A stretch of DNA of 64,000 nt, taken from Planctomycetia bacterium. GTDB lineage: Bacteria > Planctomycetota > Planctomycetia > JALXBF01 > JBGPMX01. Both the position numbers and the translations under genes were made by a program. Below the pieces are notes generated by a model. It searched no databases, was not told the DNA's origin, and saw only the letters and a program-made list of their open reading frames with translations. The first letter of the stretch is position 1, and each line of letters opens with the position of its first letter. The stretch is from contig DAIOWH010000001.1 in the NCBI GenBank assembly GCA_036758585.1, positions 98,462 to 162,461 on the forward strand, written 5' to 3'. This document shows positions 1 through 11,200 of the stretch, piece by piece.

Positions 1-532
1 TGCGAAACTGTTTTCGTCGCTGCGCGTGTCCACGGTGCTGACGCTGTTGCTTACCGAGCAGATCGTGCTGGCGTACGCGATGGTCGACGACTTCTACCCG
101 AACTTCCTGAGCATGTTCATCTTTTTCGCGATCATACTTGCGACGTGTCTGCTCACGAGCACGCTTGGACTGTTCTTCTCGGTGTTGTGTCGCAAGACCG
201 CCGTGGCGATGATTCTGACCTACCTCGTTATGCTCGCGCTGTTCCTTGGCCCGATGGCGGCGGCTCAGTTCCTGAGGCCGTTTACGACTCTGAGTTACGA
301 GGAGATCAGCCAGTACACGATCAGCAGTCCGTTTTCGGCCATATTCGCCGTGCCGCTGCACTTCCCAAGCATCAACTCGGCAATGCCCCAGGCGGGCGCG
401 GCGACGGCGAGCTTCCCCGTGCACTGGGTCTACCTCGGCTTTTCCCTCGGCTTGTCGGGCGTTCTGCTCGTGGTGATGGACCTGCTGTTCCGTCTTCGCT
501 GGCGCGCGGCGTCGCAGGGTGCGGCCGTGTAG
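1..532 (+). CDS. ABC-2-type transporter permease, C-terminal fragment (5' end lies outside the window)
   Basis: Reading frame is open from base 2. The translation is strongly hydrophobic with several predicted TM helices (LTLLLTEQIVLAY..FIFFAIILATCLL..AMILTYLVMLALFLG), typical of ABC-2 permease C-termini. No start codon is in the window, so the gene begins upstream. Confidence 0.4.
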   Translation, partial: AKLFSSLRVSTVLTLLLTEQIVLAYAMVDDFYPNFLSMFIFFAIILATCLLTSTLGLFFSVLCRKTAVAMILTYLVMLALFLGPMAAAQFLRPFTTLSYEEISQYTISSPFSAIFAVPLHFPSINSAMPQAGAATASFPVHWVYLGFSLGLSGVLLVVMDLLFRLRWRAASQGAAV

Positions 533-567
533 CGCGCGGACATCCGGCACCGTTTGCCCCAGCGGAC

Positions 568-1860
568 TCACTTCAGATCAAGGCCCGCCCCGACGATATC
601 GCGCAGTCGGACGACGCCGTCCGGCGGACGACCCCGGCGCGCGGCGACGTGCAGCAACCACGCGACGAATCCCTCGTCCGGATCAAAGTAGAGTTGGTGC
701 AGCGCCTTGGCGATCTTGCTGCCGGTGCGCATCGCGTACTGGCTCGCGGGCAACTGAAAGAACGTATGGAGTTGAAAACTGGAACAGCCCCGCAACAGGT
801 ACTCGACCGCCTTCTTGCCTGAGTCGATGTCGCCGGTCGCCGAGATCTCCATCGGGGCCGCGTTCGCCGCGTTCCCGCCCCGCCGTTGGTATTGGTCCAG
901 CACGCGCAGGTTGCGGTCACCTAGGTCAGGTCCACCGACGGCGATGCCGCGCTGGCCGTCGAACTCGCGGTTCGGATCGAACAGCCGGTTGGCGTAGACC
1001 ACGAAGTCGGGGCGATCGTTGCCCGCGCTGGCTACGGCGTCGAGCATCTGAAGCTGGAACTCGTCGTCGAACAGCGCGTTGAACAGTTTCAGCCCCACGC
1101 GCACGCGATCGCGGCCGACCGCCTCGCGCATCAGCCGCGGCACGGTTCGCAGCCAGTGCAGGATTTGGGCCTGCTGAGTCGCCAGGTCGGAACCGGCGAG
1201 CGTCGGGCTGAAGTCTTTTTCGAGCGGCATCGCGAGTCCGCCGGCGTCCATCGGCGAGTAGGCGTCCAGGATCGCGCGCGTGGTGAATTCGTACTCGGCA
1301 ATCTTCCAGTCGGGTTCGAGCGGCGTAGGCAAGTGGTATTTGCACGATGGGACCACGAGCATGCCAGCGCTGCGGCCGATCGCGCAGGCCGCTCGGACGA
1401 GCGCGAGGTAATCGTCCAGCGAGCGCGACCAGCCTCGGCCCCGCCAAGTGACCGTCCAGCCCTCGCGACCGTCCCGGCCGCGAATACGTTCGAGCACCAT
1501 GCGGGTTTCCGGAATCGCCCAGGCGCGCATGCTCTGATCACCGGCGGCATCCTGGGCGATGACGGTTTTCAACACGCAGAATCCCAGGCCGGCCGCCGCG
1601 TCTTCGGCGACCTGCTGCTCGGTCATCGACAGTTGGCCCGACGCCTTGCCCCAAGGATTCTTGATCGGGATGCCGCCGTAAGTGCTTGTCACGTCGAGCT
1701 GGTACGCATCGAGTAGGTACTGCTCAATTCGATCGGGCGGCGACGTGGCGAATCGGGCGAAGTCCGAAACAAGCCGATTTCTTGTGGCGATGTCAACTTC
1801 AGGCTTGTCTGGTAATGCATCAACGCTTATGGTGGTTGCTCGGTGGGAATCGGTGACCAC
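568..1860 (-). CDS. Dihydroorotate dehydrogenase-family (DHO_dh-like TIM-barrel) flavin oxidoreductase
   Basis: 430-aa ORF. N-terminal GIPIKNPWGKASGQ..GLGFCVLKTV and C-terminal ISATGDIDSGKKAVEYLLRGCSSFQLHTFF resemble the substrate/FMN-binding segments of the DHOD/dihydropyrimidine dehydrogenase TIM-barrel family. Divergent from giant gene 1. Confidence 0.5.
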   Translation of the reverse strand: MVTDSHRATTISVDALPDKPEVDIATRNRLVSDFARFATSPPDRIEQYLLDAYQLDVTSTYGGIPIKNPWGKASGQLSMTEQQVAEDAAAGLGFCVLKTVIAQDAAGDQSMRAWAIPETRMVLERIRGRDGREGWTVTWRGRGWSRSLDDYLALVRAACAIGRSAGMLVVPSCKYHLPTPLEPDWKIAEYEFTTRAILDAYSPMDAGGLAMPLEKDFSPTLAGSDLATQQAQILHWLRTVPRLMREAVGRDRVRVGLKLFNALFDDEFQLQMLDAVASAGNDRPDFVVYANRLFDPNREFDGQRGIAVGGPDLGDRNLRVLDQYQRRGGNAANAAPMEISATGDIDSGKKAVEYLLRGCSSFQLHTFFQLPASQYAMRTGSKIAKALHQLYFDPDEGFVAWLLHVAARRGRPPDGVVRLRDIVGAGLDLK

Positions 1861-2272
1861 ACTTCTGTCCCCCCTCTCTCGACTGTCCGCCCGTTGGAAA
1901 GTGCGTTTGGTTCAAGAACGGCCGGCTTGTTGGGCAAGTCTGGGCCATCTCTGAACCGATCGTAGGCGGCGGCAAGTATTGGAACTGATAACGGTTGTGT
2001 CAACGGAGTTGGTTGTGTTCAATTGTGCCCATTGGCTTGCACAATCATTCATCGGAGCGTGGCTGCAGACGGTTCTTCCGGTGCCTAATCTGTTAGGAGC
2101 TAGTGCCTTGCGTTCTGCCCCGGCCCCTGGCATGGTATCTGCAACGTCCGATACCGGACCAAAGCTGCGCATGCTGTCTAGACCGCCAATGGCCGTGCAT
2201 GTCGACGAGGTCTCCAGACCGAGGATGGGGCAGGACATCCGCGTTCGCGTGTCTCGGTGGAGCGAGTGAGCG

Positions 2273-5200
2273 ATGGCGAAAACGAAGGCGAAGCGACACC
2301 AGAAGTCGCGGCGGCTTGTTCATGGCAACTCGTCGCCAGGCGGATCGCGCCTTGGCTTTCTGGAGCGGCTTGAGTCGCGCGAATTGCTGAGCGATTTCCA
2401 GCCCGTCCAGGTTGGTTTCTCGTGGCTCACCCCCGGTCAGCCCACCGTCGTCCAATTCAATGCGGCAGGTCAGTGTCTGGGGGTAACGGGTCCGGCGGCA
2501 GGCGACCACGATGATTGTGCGATCGGCGACGTCGGCCCTGACCGCGTGACGATTCAATTCAGTCGCAACATCGATCGGCGCACGTTCAACGCCGCCGCAG
2601 ACGTCACGGTGACCGGCGATCTCGACGCGACCGATCCGTTTCGCGTGACCAGTGGCGTGGCGCGACGCCGCGTGGTTACTATCAACACGGCCGGCGACCT
2701 AGCTACAGGCGCCGACGCCAACCTGACGCTCGGCCTTCGCGACATCAAGGCGAAGGGCAAGTCGGGCGCCTGGCTCGATCCGTGGACGATGACGGTGAAC
2801 GTCAACTCGGACCAGCCGCCGGCGCCCGGCAACACGCCGCCGCGCGTCTTGAGTGTGACGCCCGCAGCGGGCGCCCAGTTGAACGAGTCGCCGAGTTTCA
2901 TCGAGGCATTGCTGAGCGAAGACCTCGACTCGCCGGGCCAGAATGGAATTCAACTCTTCGCCGCCGGGCCTGACGGCAATCTGGGCACGACCGACGACGT
3001 ACGAATCAATCCGAGGCGAGTGGACTACAGTGCGGCGACAGATACGCTGCGCTTCGTGGTAAACGGGCAAGTTGCAGACGGACTCTACCAGGCTCGGGTG
3101 ATGGGTTCGCTGCGTGACGGGGCCGGAAGCAGACTGGACGGCAATGGCGACGGGACGGCGGGCGACGACTTCGTTTGGACGTTTCGCGTTGCATCAGATC
3201 CCGGCGGCGGGCCTACTGACACAACCGCGCCGGGCGTCGTGAGCGTAACGCCGAACGCGGGTGCGACGCTCACGCAGTCGCCGAGCGTCATTGAGGCGAC
3301 GCTGAACGAGGATCTCGATCCGGCCCACTTGCCGGACCAGAACAGCCTTCAGCTTCACGCCGCCGGGGCCGACGGCAACCTCGGCACGGCCGACGACGTG
3401 CGGATCGTTCCGACGCGGGTCGAATACAGTGCCGCGACGGACGTCGTGCGGTTTGTGGTGAACGGTCAACTCGCGAACGGCGCCTATCGTGCTCGTCTCG
3501 TCGGCGACTCGATCCGCGACGCCGCCGGCAACCGCGCGGCCGATTACGCCTGGACTTTCGGCGTGAACGTGCCCACCAATCCACCACCCCCGGGCGACAC
3601 GTCGGCGCCGACGGTGGTCTCAACGAATCCGTCCCCGGGCGCGATCATTACGGAGCCCCTGACGGCGATCGACGTGGTCTTCAATGAAGACCTTGATCCT
3701 GCCACCGTGACGCCTGCCAACTTTGTGCTGAGCGCCAGTGGCGGCGATGGTACGTTCGGCGACGGCAACGAGACCACGATTGCGCCGCAGCGCATCGAGT
3801 ACAGCCCGGCGACCGACACCGGGCGGTTTGTGATCGGCTCGCGTTTGCCCAACGACCTGTTCCAGCTCATGCTCGTCGGCACTGCGTCGATTCGCGACTT
3901 GGCCGGCAACAAGCTGGACGGCGACCGCAACGGTTCCGGCGGCGACAACTTCACGGCCACGTTCAGTGTGGCGGTGGCGCCTCCTCCCGACTCATCGCCC
4001 GGCCCGCACAAGGACGTGCTCGGCGGCGATCCACCGGATGCCATCGCCGACGTGTTCCCAGGTGCGCCGACGCCGACGCTGGACATCAGCGCGATTTCAG
4101 GGTTCGCCGATCCGAACAACCTCTACATCAACGTGCGGTTCAATACGACGCCGCCCGGCACGACGATCGAGGCGCCGTCGGCCAGCGAGCCGAACTCGGT
4201 GTTCGGGTTCATTGACATCGACACCGACCAGGACTTGATCACCCCGAGCTTTCTGACGAACTTCGACCGGACCCCTGCGCCGATTTCCAGCACGCCGGGC
4301 GTCGGCATTGAGTTCGTGGTGGACATCGGTTCCGAAGCGAGGCACCCCGGCTCGGTTGACGTGTTGTACACAGACGAGAAGGTGCCGTTGGCAGGGAACG
4401 ACGATTTCGATTCGCGAGACGATCTCTATATCTACAGGCCGCTGACCGGCGAGTTCTTGATCGGGTTGAACAGCGGTGGTCAGCTTGGCACGGTGCTGGG
4501 CCCGTTCCAGTTCGGAGGCGTGGGTGAGACTCCGATTCTGGGCAATTGGGACCCCGACGGCGCCGGACCGTTGCGAGCGAACGGCGGCGACGACCTCGGC
4601 ACTTTCGACGCGACCACCAGCACGTTCAAGCTCGACCTCAACGACGATCGCCGGCTGGGTGAGGATCGCGACGGCGATGGACTGCTCGACCCGACCGAGG
4701 ACCTGAACAACAACGGGCAGCTTGACGTGGGCGAGGATGCCAACGGCAACGGGTTGCTCGACCTCAGCGAAGACCTGAATGACAATGGCGGGTTTACCGA
4801 AGACTTGAACGGCAACGGCCTGCTCGACCCGACCGAGCAGGACCTGAACAACAACGGCAGGGCCGACAATCTGGTCGACACCGAGACGTTTGTGTTTGGC
4901 TTTGCGGCGCCCGATCCCGCCGACCAGGTCTTGTTCGGCGACTGGGACGAAGACGGCGACACGGATATCGGCGTCTATCGCGCGGCGACAGGCGAATTCC
5001 TTCTCGACCTGAACGGCAACTACGAGATTGACGCGGCCGTGACCGATCCGATTCCCGAGCTTCCCTTCCGGTTTGGTCCGATATCGACGACGAACGTAGC
5101 CCTGGTGGGAGATTGGAACGCCGATGGCCGCACGGAAGTCGGTGTGTTCGTGCGGGGCGAGGACCTGAACGGCGATGGATTCTTCAACGACGGAACGGCT

Positions 5201-8200
5201 GCCCCGCTGTTGGACGAAGCCGCGGACGGAGTCGACTACAACGGCGATGGCGACGCGCTCGACCTGTTCAGTGAGGACCTGAACAACAACTCGATCCGTG
5301 AGGACGGCACCGGCTTCTTTTTCCTCGATCGAGACGGCGACCGTGTGCAGGATGCCAGCGAAGACGCGAACAATAACGGTGTGCTGGATCCGGGCGAAGA
5401 CAAGGACGAAGATCCGATCACTGCGGGCACGCAGGGCAACGCATTCCTGGACAACGATGGCCCATTCGCGTTTGGCTTGGCTACAGACAGCCCCGTGTTC
5501 GGGCAGTGGAGCGTTGTCGGTCGCGACGATATTGGCGTGTATCGCCAGGGGCTCGCCGGCGGCCAGTACATTCTGGATTACAACAGCGATCGCGCGGTGA
5601 GCGTGGGGGAGGGTCCGTTCGCGTTTGGCGGCGTGGGCGACCGACCGGTCGTCGGAGTGTTCAGTTTTGACGGCACCTCCCGCATGGGATCGTACACGCC
5701 GACCACGCGGGCTGGCACACGGATCGGCGGCGACCAGTTTTTCATCGACACGAACGGCGATCGCGCGGTGAGTCCTCGCGAAGGACCGTTCACGCTGGCG
5801 CCGACGGCTCCGATCGAGTTTCTGTTCGATAGTTTTACGGTCAAGCTGCCGCTCAGTCAGCTTGGCAACGACCCTGGCGGCATCGTGAACTTCGTTGCAA
5901 CGGTTGGGCCGTTTGCCGGTTTCAGCGACGAGGCGCCTGACCCGCCGCCGCCTCCGACCCCGCCCAACCCGCCTGTGCCCGGCACACCGGCCGCTAGCGG
6001 CGTCGCGGCGCCGCTGCGCGTCGTCGAACTCTCGTTCCCGAACGAGACAGCGTTTCGGTTGACCGAGCCGCTGGCGGACGCACTGCCCAAGAGCACCATC
6101 GCGATTCCCGGCACATCGGTGGTCGTGGGCACCGTGGGGTTGCAGGCCCGACTCGCCGGCGGCGATGCATCGCTGCAGTCGATTCTGGATCGCCGGTCGG
6201 TCGATGCCCGTACCGTCCTGCTCGAAGGTTCGGGCGGCGACGACGTGTTCGGCAACGGCAACGACGTTTCGATCAGCGCCAATCAAATAGTAGTTGGCAC
6301 CAGTCCGTCAGCGGCGTTGATCGGCAAGAGCAACGACACCATATTCTTCGACCTCACCGGCGTGGACCTGGGCGCCGATCTGTATCGGTTCACGCTGGTC
6401 GGCGACGACCCGATCCGCGACTTCCACGGGGTCCCACTCGACGGCGACTTCCTCGACGCCAACGGCGACGGCGCCTTGACCAACGCCGACTTGCCTTCGG
6501 GAAACGGTGTACCCCAGGGCGACTTCATCGCGACGTTCCGGCTGGACGCGCCGCCCGAGGTGATCAGCTTCCGCATGACCCGACCGACGGACCGCAACGT
6601 CGATCCGCTGGGCGCCGCGCCGAGCGACACGGGCGTCATCGGCGACGGAATCACCAACACGCGAACGCCCAACTTTGTGGGCGTGGTCAGCGACGATCGG
6701 CTTCCCATCATCGGCGACAATCCGGGCGACACGTTCGTCGCGGGCGGACAGTTTGACCTGTTCGAGGGCAGTGGCGAGTTCCTGGACGAAGACCTCAACG
6801 GCAACCAACTATTCAATGACGGGTCCACCGCGCCGCTGCTGGACGAGGCAGTGGACGGTGTCGATTACAACAACGACGGCGACACGGTCGACAGTGTGTC
6901 TGAAGATCGCAATGCCAACGGACAGTTCGATCGTACGATCTATCTAGGTCTGCGCTTCACGACGCCTGTGGACCTTGCGTCGTCTGGGGCGACCAACGCC
7001 GTGCGCGGGTTCATTGATATCGACGCCGATCAGGTTTCCGCCACGGGCGGCACAGGCTGGATCCGCGACCTCGACGGAGACCGAACTGAGGATTTCAGCG
7101 ACGGTATCGTGCATCTGGGCCGCGAGGGCGACGTGCCGATCGTGGGCCAATGGCTGCTTGGCGCCGGCGTCAATCCCACGGGCGACCGACTCGGGATCTT
7201 TCGTCCTAGTACGGGCGAGTTCTTCCTGGACCTCGATGGCGACGGTCGCTTCCTGCCCAGCGAAGACGCGAACGGCGACGGTGTATTCGACCCGTCTGAG
7301 GACCTGAATGGCAACGGTCTTTTGGACACTGAGGGCCCGTTCGCGTCGGGTGTGACGAGCGAAGACCTCGATGGCGATGGCGCGCTTGACCCGGGTGAGG
7401 ACGTGGACGGCAACGGAGTACTGGACGTCGCCGTGCCGGTGGTGGGTAACTTCTGCGCCGACAATCCGCAGACGGTCGCTGTGGAATGTCCAGGGACCGA
7501 GGTCGGCGTTTTCCGAAGCGGTCTGTGGACCATCGACCTGAACGGCGATCGGGAATTCGCGGACGGCAGCTTCACCTACGGTGCAGTGGGCGACATTGCG
7601 GTGGTGGGCAACTGGAACGGGCTGCCCGGCGACGAGGTGGGCGTCGTCACGCCTTCAACGGCGACGCTCGCGCCACGCTGGCTCTTGGACCGAGACGGCG
7701 ACACTTCGGCGGCGAACGATACGCCTTTCGAATACGGCACGGCCAATGATCAACAGATTCCGGTGGTGGGCGATTGGAGCGGCAATGGACGCACCAAGGT
7801 CGGCACCTACAGCCCACGGTTCTCGCAGTGGCGCATCGACATCAATGGCAACACCGTGCTCGAAGCCGCCGAAGGCCCGTTCGTGTTCGGCGACCCGCAA
7901 TCGCAGCCGGTCGTTGGCGACTGGAACGGCGACAACGCCGATGACATTGGCACATACAACACGTTCGGCCCGACGAACCAGGGGACCGGGCAGTGGTTCA
8001 TCGACGCCGACCATGTTGCGGGTACGACACCGACATTGACGTCGAACGACGGACCGCACCGGTTTGGACTGGTCGGCGAAGACCGCAACAACGATGGAGT
8101 ACTGCAAACGCTCGAAGACTTGAACGGCAACGACGCTATCGATCCGCCCGACCTGCCGATCGTGGGCAGGTGGGAAACGAATGGTCAGGCGGCGGCATCC

Positions 8201-11200
8201 GACCTGTTTGGCGTCTTTCGGCTGCGCGACGCTTCGCACGTGAACACGTTTGGGTTCACTACGTCGTTCAACATCGCGGGCCGGGCCGATTTGGGGATCG
8301 AGTACTTCGTCGATCTCGCATCCGAGTCCGGCGGAGTGGCGAACCTGGTCGACGCCCGAACGTCGCGGGTGGTGCAAGCCGTTCCAATTCGTCTGTTTCC
8401 AGACAGCCGCACCGTGATCGTCGACATACCGCTCGCGGCGATGCCCGAAGTTTCGGGTGGCCGTGTGACCTTTGGCGCGATCGTCGGGTCGGCCACGGAG
8501 TTCACGGATCAACTGCCCGAGTTGCCGCGTGCGGCCCAGAGCGCCGAGTCGCTTCAACTGGATTTTGCGACCGGCCAGACGCCCGGCTGCCGCACCGGAT
8601 CGGATGGCATCTTCAACGACGGGACAACGTTCACACGCGGGTTCGGCACGTTCACGCTACAGGTGCCGACCAGCGACCAGTTGTCGGAGACGGTGGTTGG
8701 ATGTCTCCCGAGCGTCGTGCGTGTGCGGGCCACCGACTTGTTCGACAAGGTCAATAACATCGTCAGCACGTCGATCGTCGATCGCGGCGTGCGGGTCGAT
8801 CTGACGCCGCCGCGGATCTATCGCGTGATTCCACCCGACAACTCCCAGGGCCGCGACGGGCCGCGCATCCTTCAACTCAATTTCAGTGAAGATCTGAACG
8901 GCAATGGCATCCTGGACCCCGGCGAAGACACCAACGGCGACAATCTGCTGAACAGCGACGATCTCGACCGCAGCACGGCCGAGCGGTCATCGAGTTATGA
9001 ACTGTTCCGCGCCGACGAGCAACCGTTCGAATCCGACTCCAACGAGTTGCGGCAGATCACCTACAACTCGGTGACCGACAGCGTGTCGATCACTCTGGGC
9101 GAGGGTCTGGATTCGGGGCACTATACGTTCGTGGCGTTGAGCCTCGGCGGCATAACCGACGTGGCCGGCAATCGACTCGACGGCGAACCGAACCCCGGCG
9201 CCCGGCCAGGTCAAGCGAACGTCTTCCCCAGCGGCGACGACGTCGCGGGCGGCGACTTCACGACTACTCTGTTGATCAACCAGGGTCCGCCCATCGTCAC
9301 CGCCGCGGCGGGTTCGGCAGGCCCGATCGTTCGTGCTATCTATGATCTGAACAACGAAGACATCAACGGCGACGGCGCGTTCGACGCGGGCGAAGACGTC
9401 GACGGAGACGGCACGTTCGATTTGGGCGACGCGCCCGCGCCGCCGCGCGAAATCGTCGTCACCCTGGATCAGCCGGTGATGCCTTCCAGCGTTCCACTGG
9501 ACCTGAACGGCAACGGGCGATTGGACTGTGGGCCCGACGGCATTTGCGGCACCGGCGACAGTGTGGACCTGAACGGCGACGGCGTCTTCGGACCGGGCGA
9601 CGGCGAAGTCGACGCCGACGGTGATGGAGACATCGACTTCAACGCATTGGACGAAGATACGAAGACCGTGTTCCTGACGCGCACGCGCACGGTCGACCAG
9701 ATTACCGGTCTGGTGTCGAGCATCGGCGACGGCGTTTTCGATCCGTTCTCGAATCGCGTGCTCGGGTTCGTCGAGGTAACGAACGACGGGCACACGCTGA
9801 CCTTCCATCCCAACCCCGAGTTCCTCGATCCGGACAACGACGGCGTGCAAGAGGGCCTGTTGGCGGACCACTACCGCTTCAGCCTGATGGGCGGCGGCAT
9901 ACTGCAGCCCGAACCGTCGGGGTTGCGCGACAACATCATCGTCAGTTGCGATGACTTCCGCAACGATCAGTTGACGCGCCTGGTGCCGGACACGGTCGCT
10001 CCGTCCTTGGCGTGTCGCACCGACAACCGCGACAACGGCCAGGCGCCGACGCCGTTCGACCCGTCGGGCTTCCAGACCACGACCGCCACCGACCTGTTCG
10101 TGACGAACACGCTGAATTCGCAAGGACCCGGTAATGTGTTGCTCACCGCTGTCGAGGACCGTGGCCAGTTGTTCAACGTGTTCGACGACGAGATCGCAGT
10201 CTATGTATCGAAAGATTCGGGCACGAGTTGGGCGAAGACGCCGTTTTTTGCGACCGATGCGGCCCGTACGATAGCCACGCCGGCCAGCCCGACAACGACA
10301 AGCGTCACCTTCGATATTGCCGTCCACCCCAGCGTGGCGTTTGACGCGCTCGGTACGGCGTACGTCGGCTACGCGCTGTACGATCTACCGAACGTCCCCG
10401 ACTTTACGCTGACCGGCGCCGATACTCGCTTCGACGCCGCCGATCGCGACGCCCTCGACACGGGCGGCGCGGTCTGTCAAGACTGCGCCGAAGTGGTAGA
10501 CGTCTTGGCGACCGCCGACGCCGCGACCTACGCGTTTGAGATCGGTTTTTCGCAGACAGTCACTCCGCCGAGCGAGAACGCACTGCGCCCGCTTTTTGGC
10601 CGGTTGGACATCGACTGCGATCGCGACGGCGGCGCCGACTTCTTCGCCGATCTCGCCAGCGAGAACTTCGACCCGGCCGTTGAGTCGCGGTTTGTCAACC
10701 TGCTTGTGGCCGCCGGCGTTAGCCCCGCGTGCAATCCCAGCAACCTAGCGCCCGGTTCGCTCGTGTCGCCTTCGATTCCCATCGATTATCTGGGCGACCG
10801 GGTGCGGTTGCGAGTTGCGCGGGAACTGGTGGACATGGATCCGCCGGTGCTGGCGGACTTCCGAGTTTTGGTCTCGCAGAGTGCGGGCGGTCCGGTGTCG
10901 GACGCCGCGCCCAACGCGGGCTTTACGGCAGTGCGCGACCGGCGTTTTCGTTCCAGCGCGGTCGCGCTTAGTCGATCGGTGGATGTGGTCACGGCCCCTT
11001 CTGGGTCAGCGGTGTTTCAGTCGCCGATTCCGGCGTCCTTCCACTTCCACGAAGACCTTAACGACAACGGCGCGAACGATGCCGGCGACATAGACGTCGA
11101 CGGCGACGGTCAAATCACACAAATGACGTTCGTGGATCTTGACCCGTCCATTGCCGTGGACAAGACCCGCATATACTCGGACCGTGCGCGGACGCCTAAC

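Noticed and set aside
145-1082. Plus-strand ORFs 145-822 and 519-1082 overlapping the window's first two genes
   Set aside because: Arg/Pro-rich translations antisense or out of frame to the DHOD-family gene and the permease fragment.
4097-6286. 729-aa minus-strand ORF, and many similar long ORFs antisense to the giant genes (for example 8987-10327, 13199-14707, 20074-21525, 28027-28824, 29305-30378, 32461-33432, 34327-35487, 35617-36402)
   Set aside because: All lie entirely inside and antisense to strongly supported domain-rich coding sequences. Their translations are Arg/Ala/Gly-rich low-complexity, typical of stop-codon-poor antisense frames in about 67% GC DNA.
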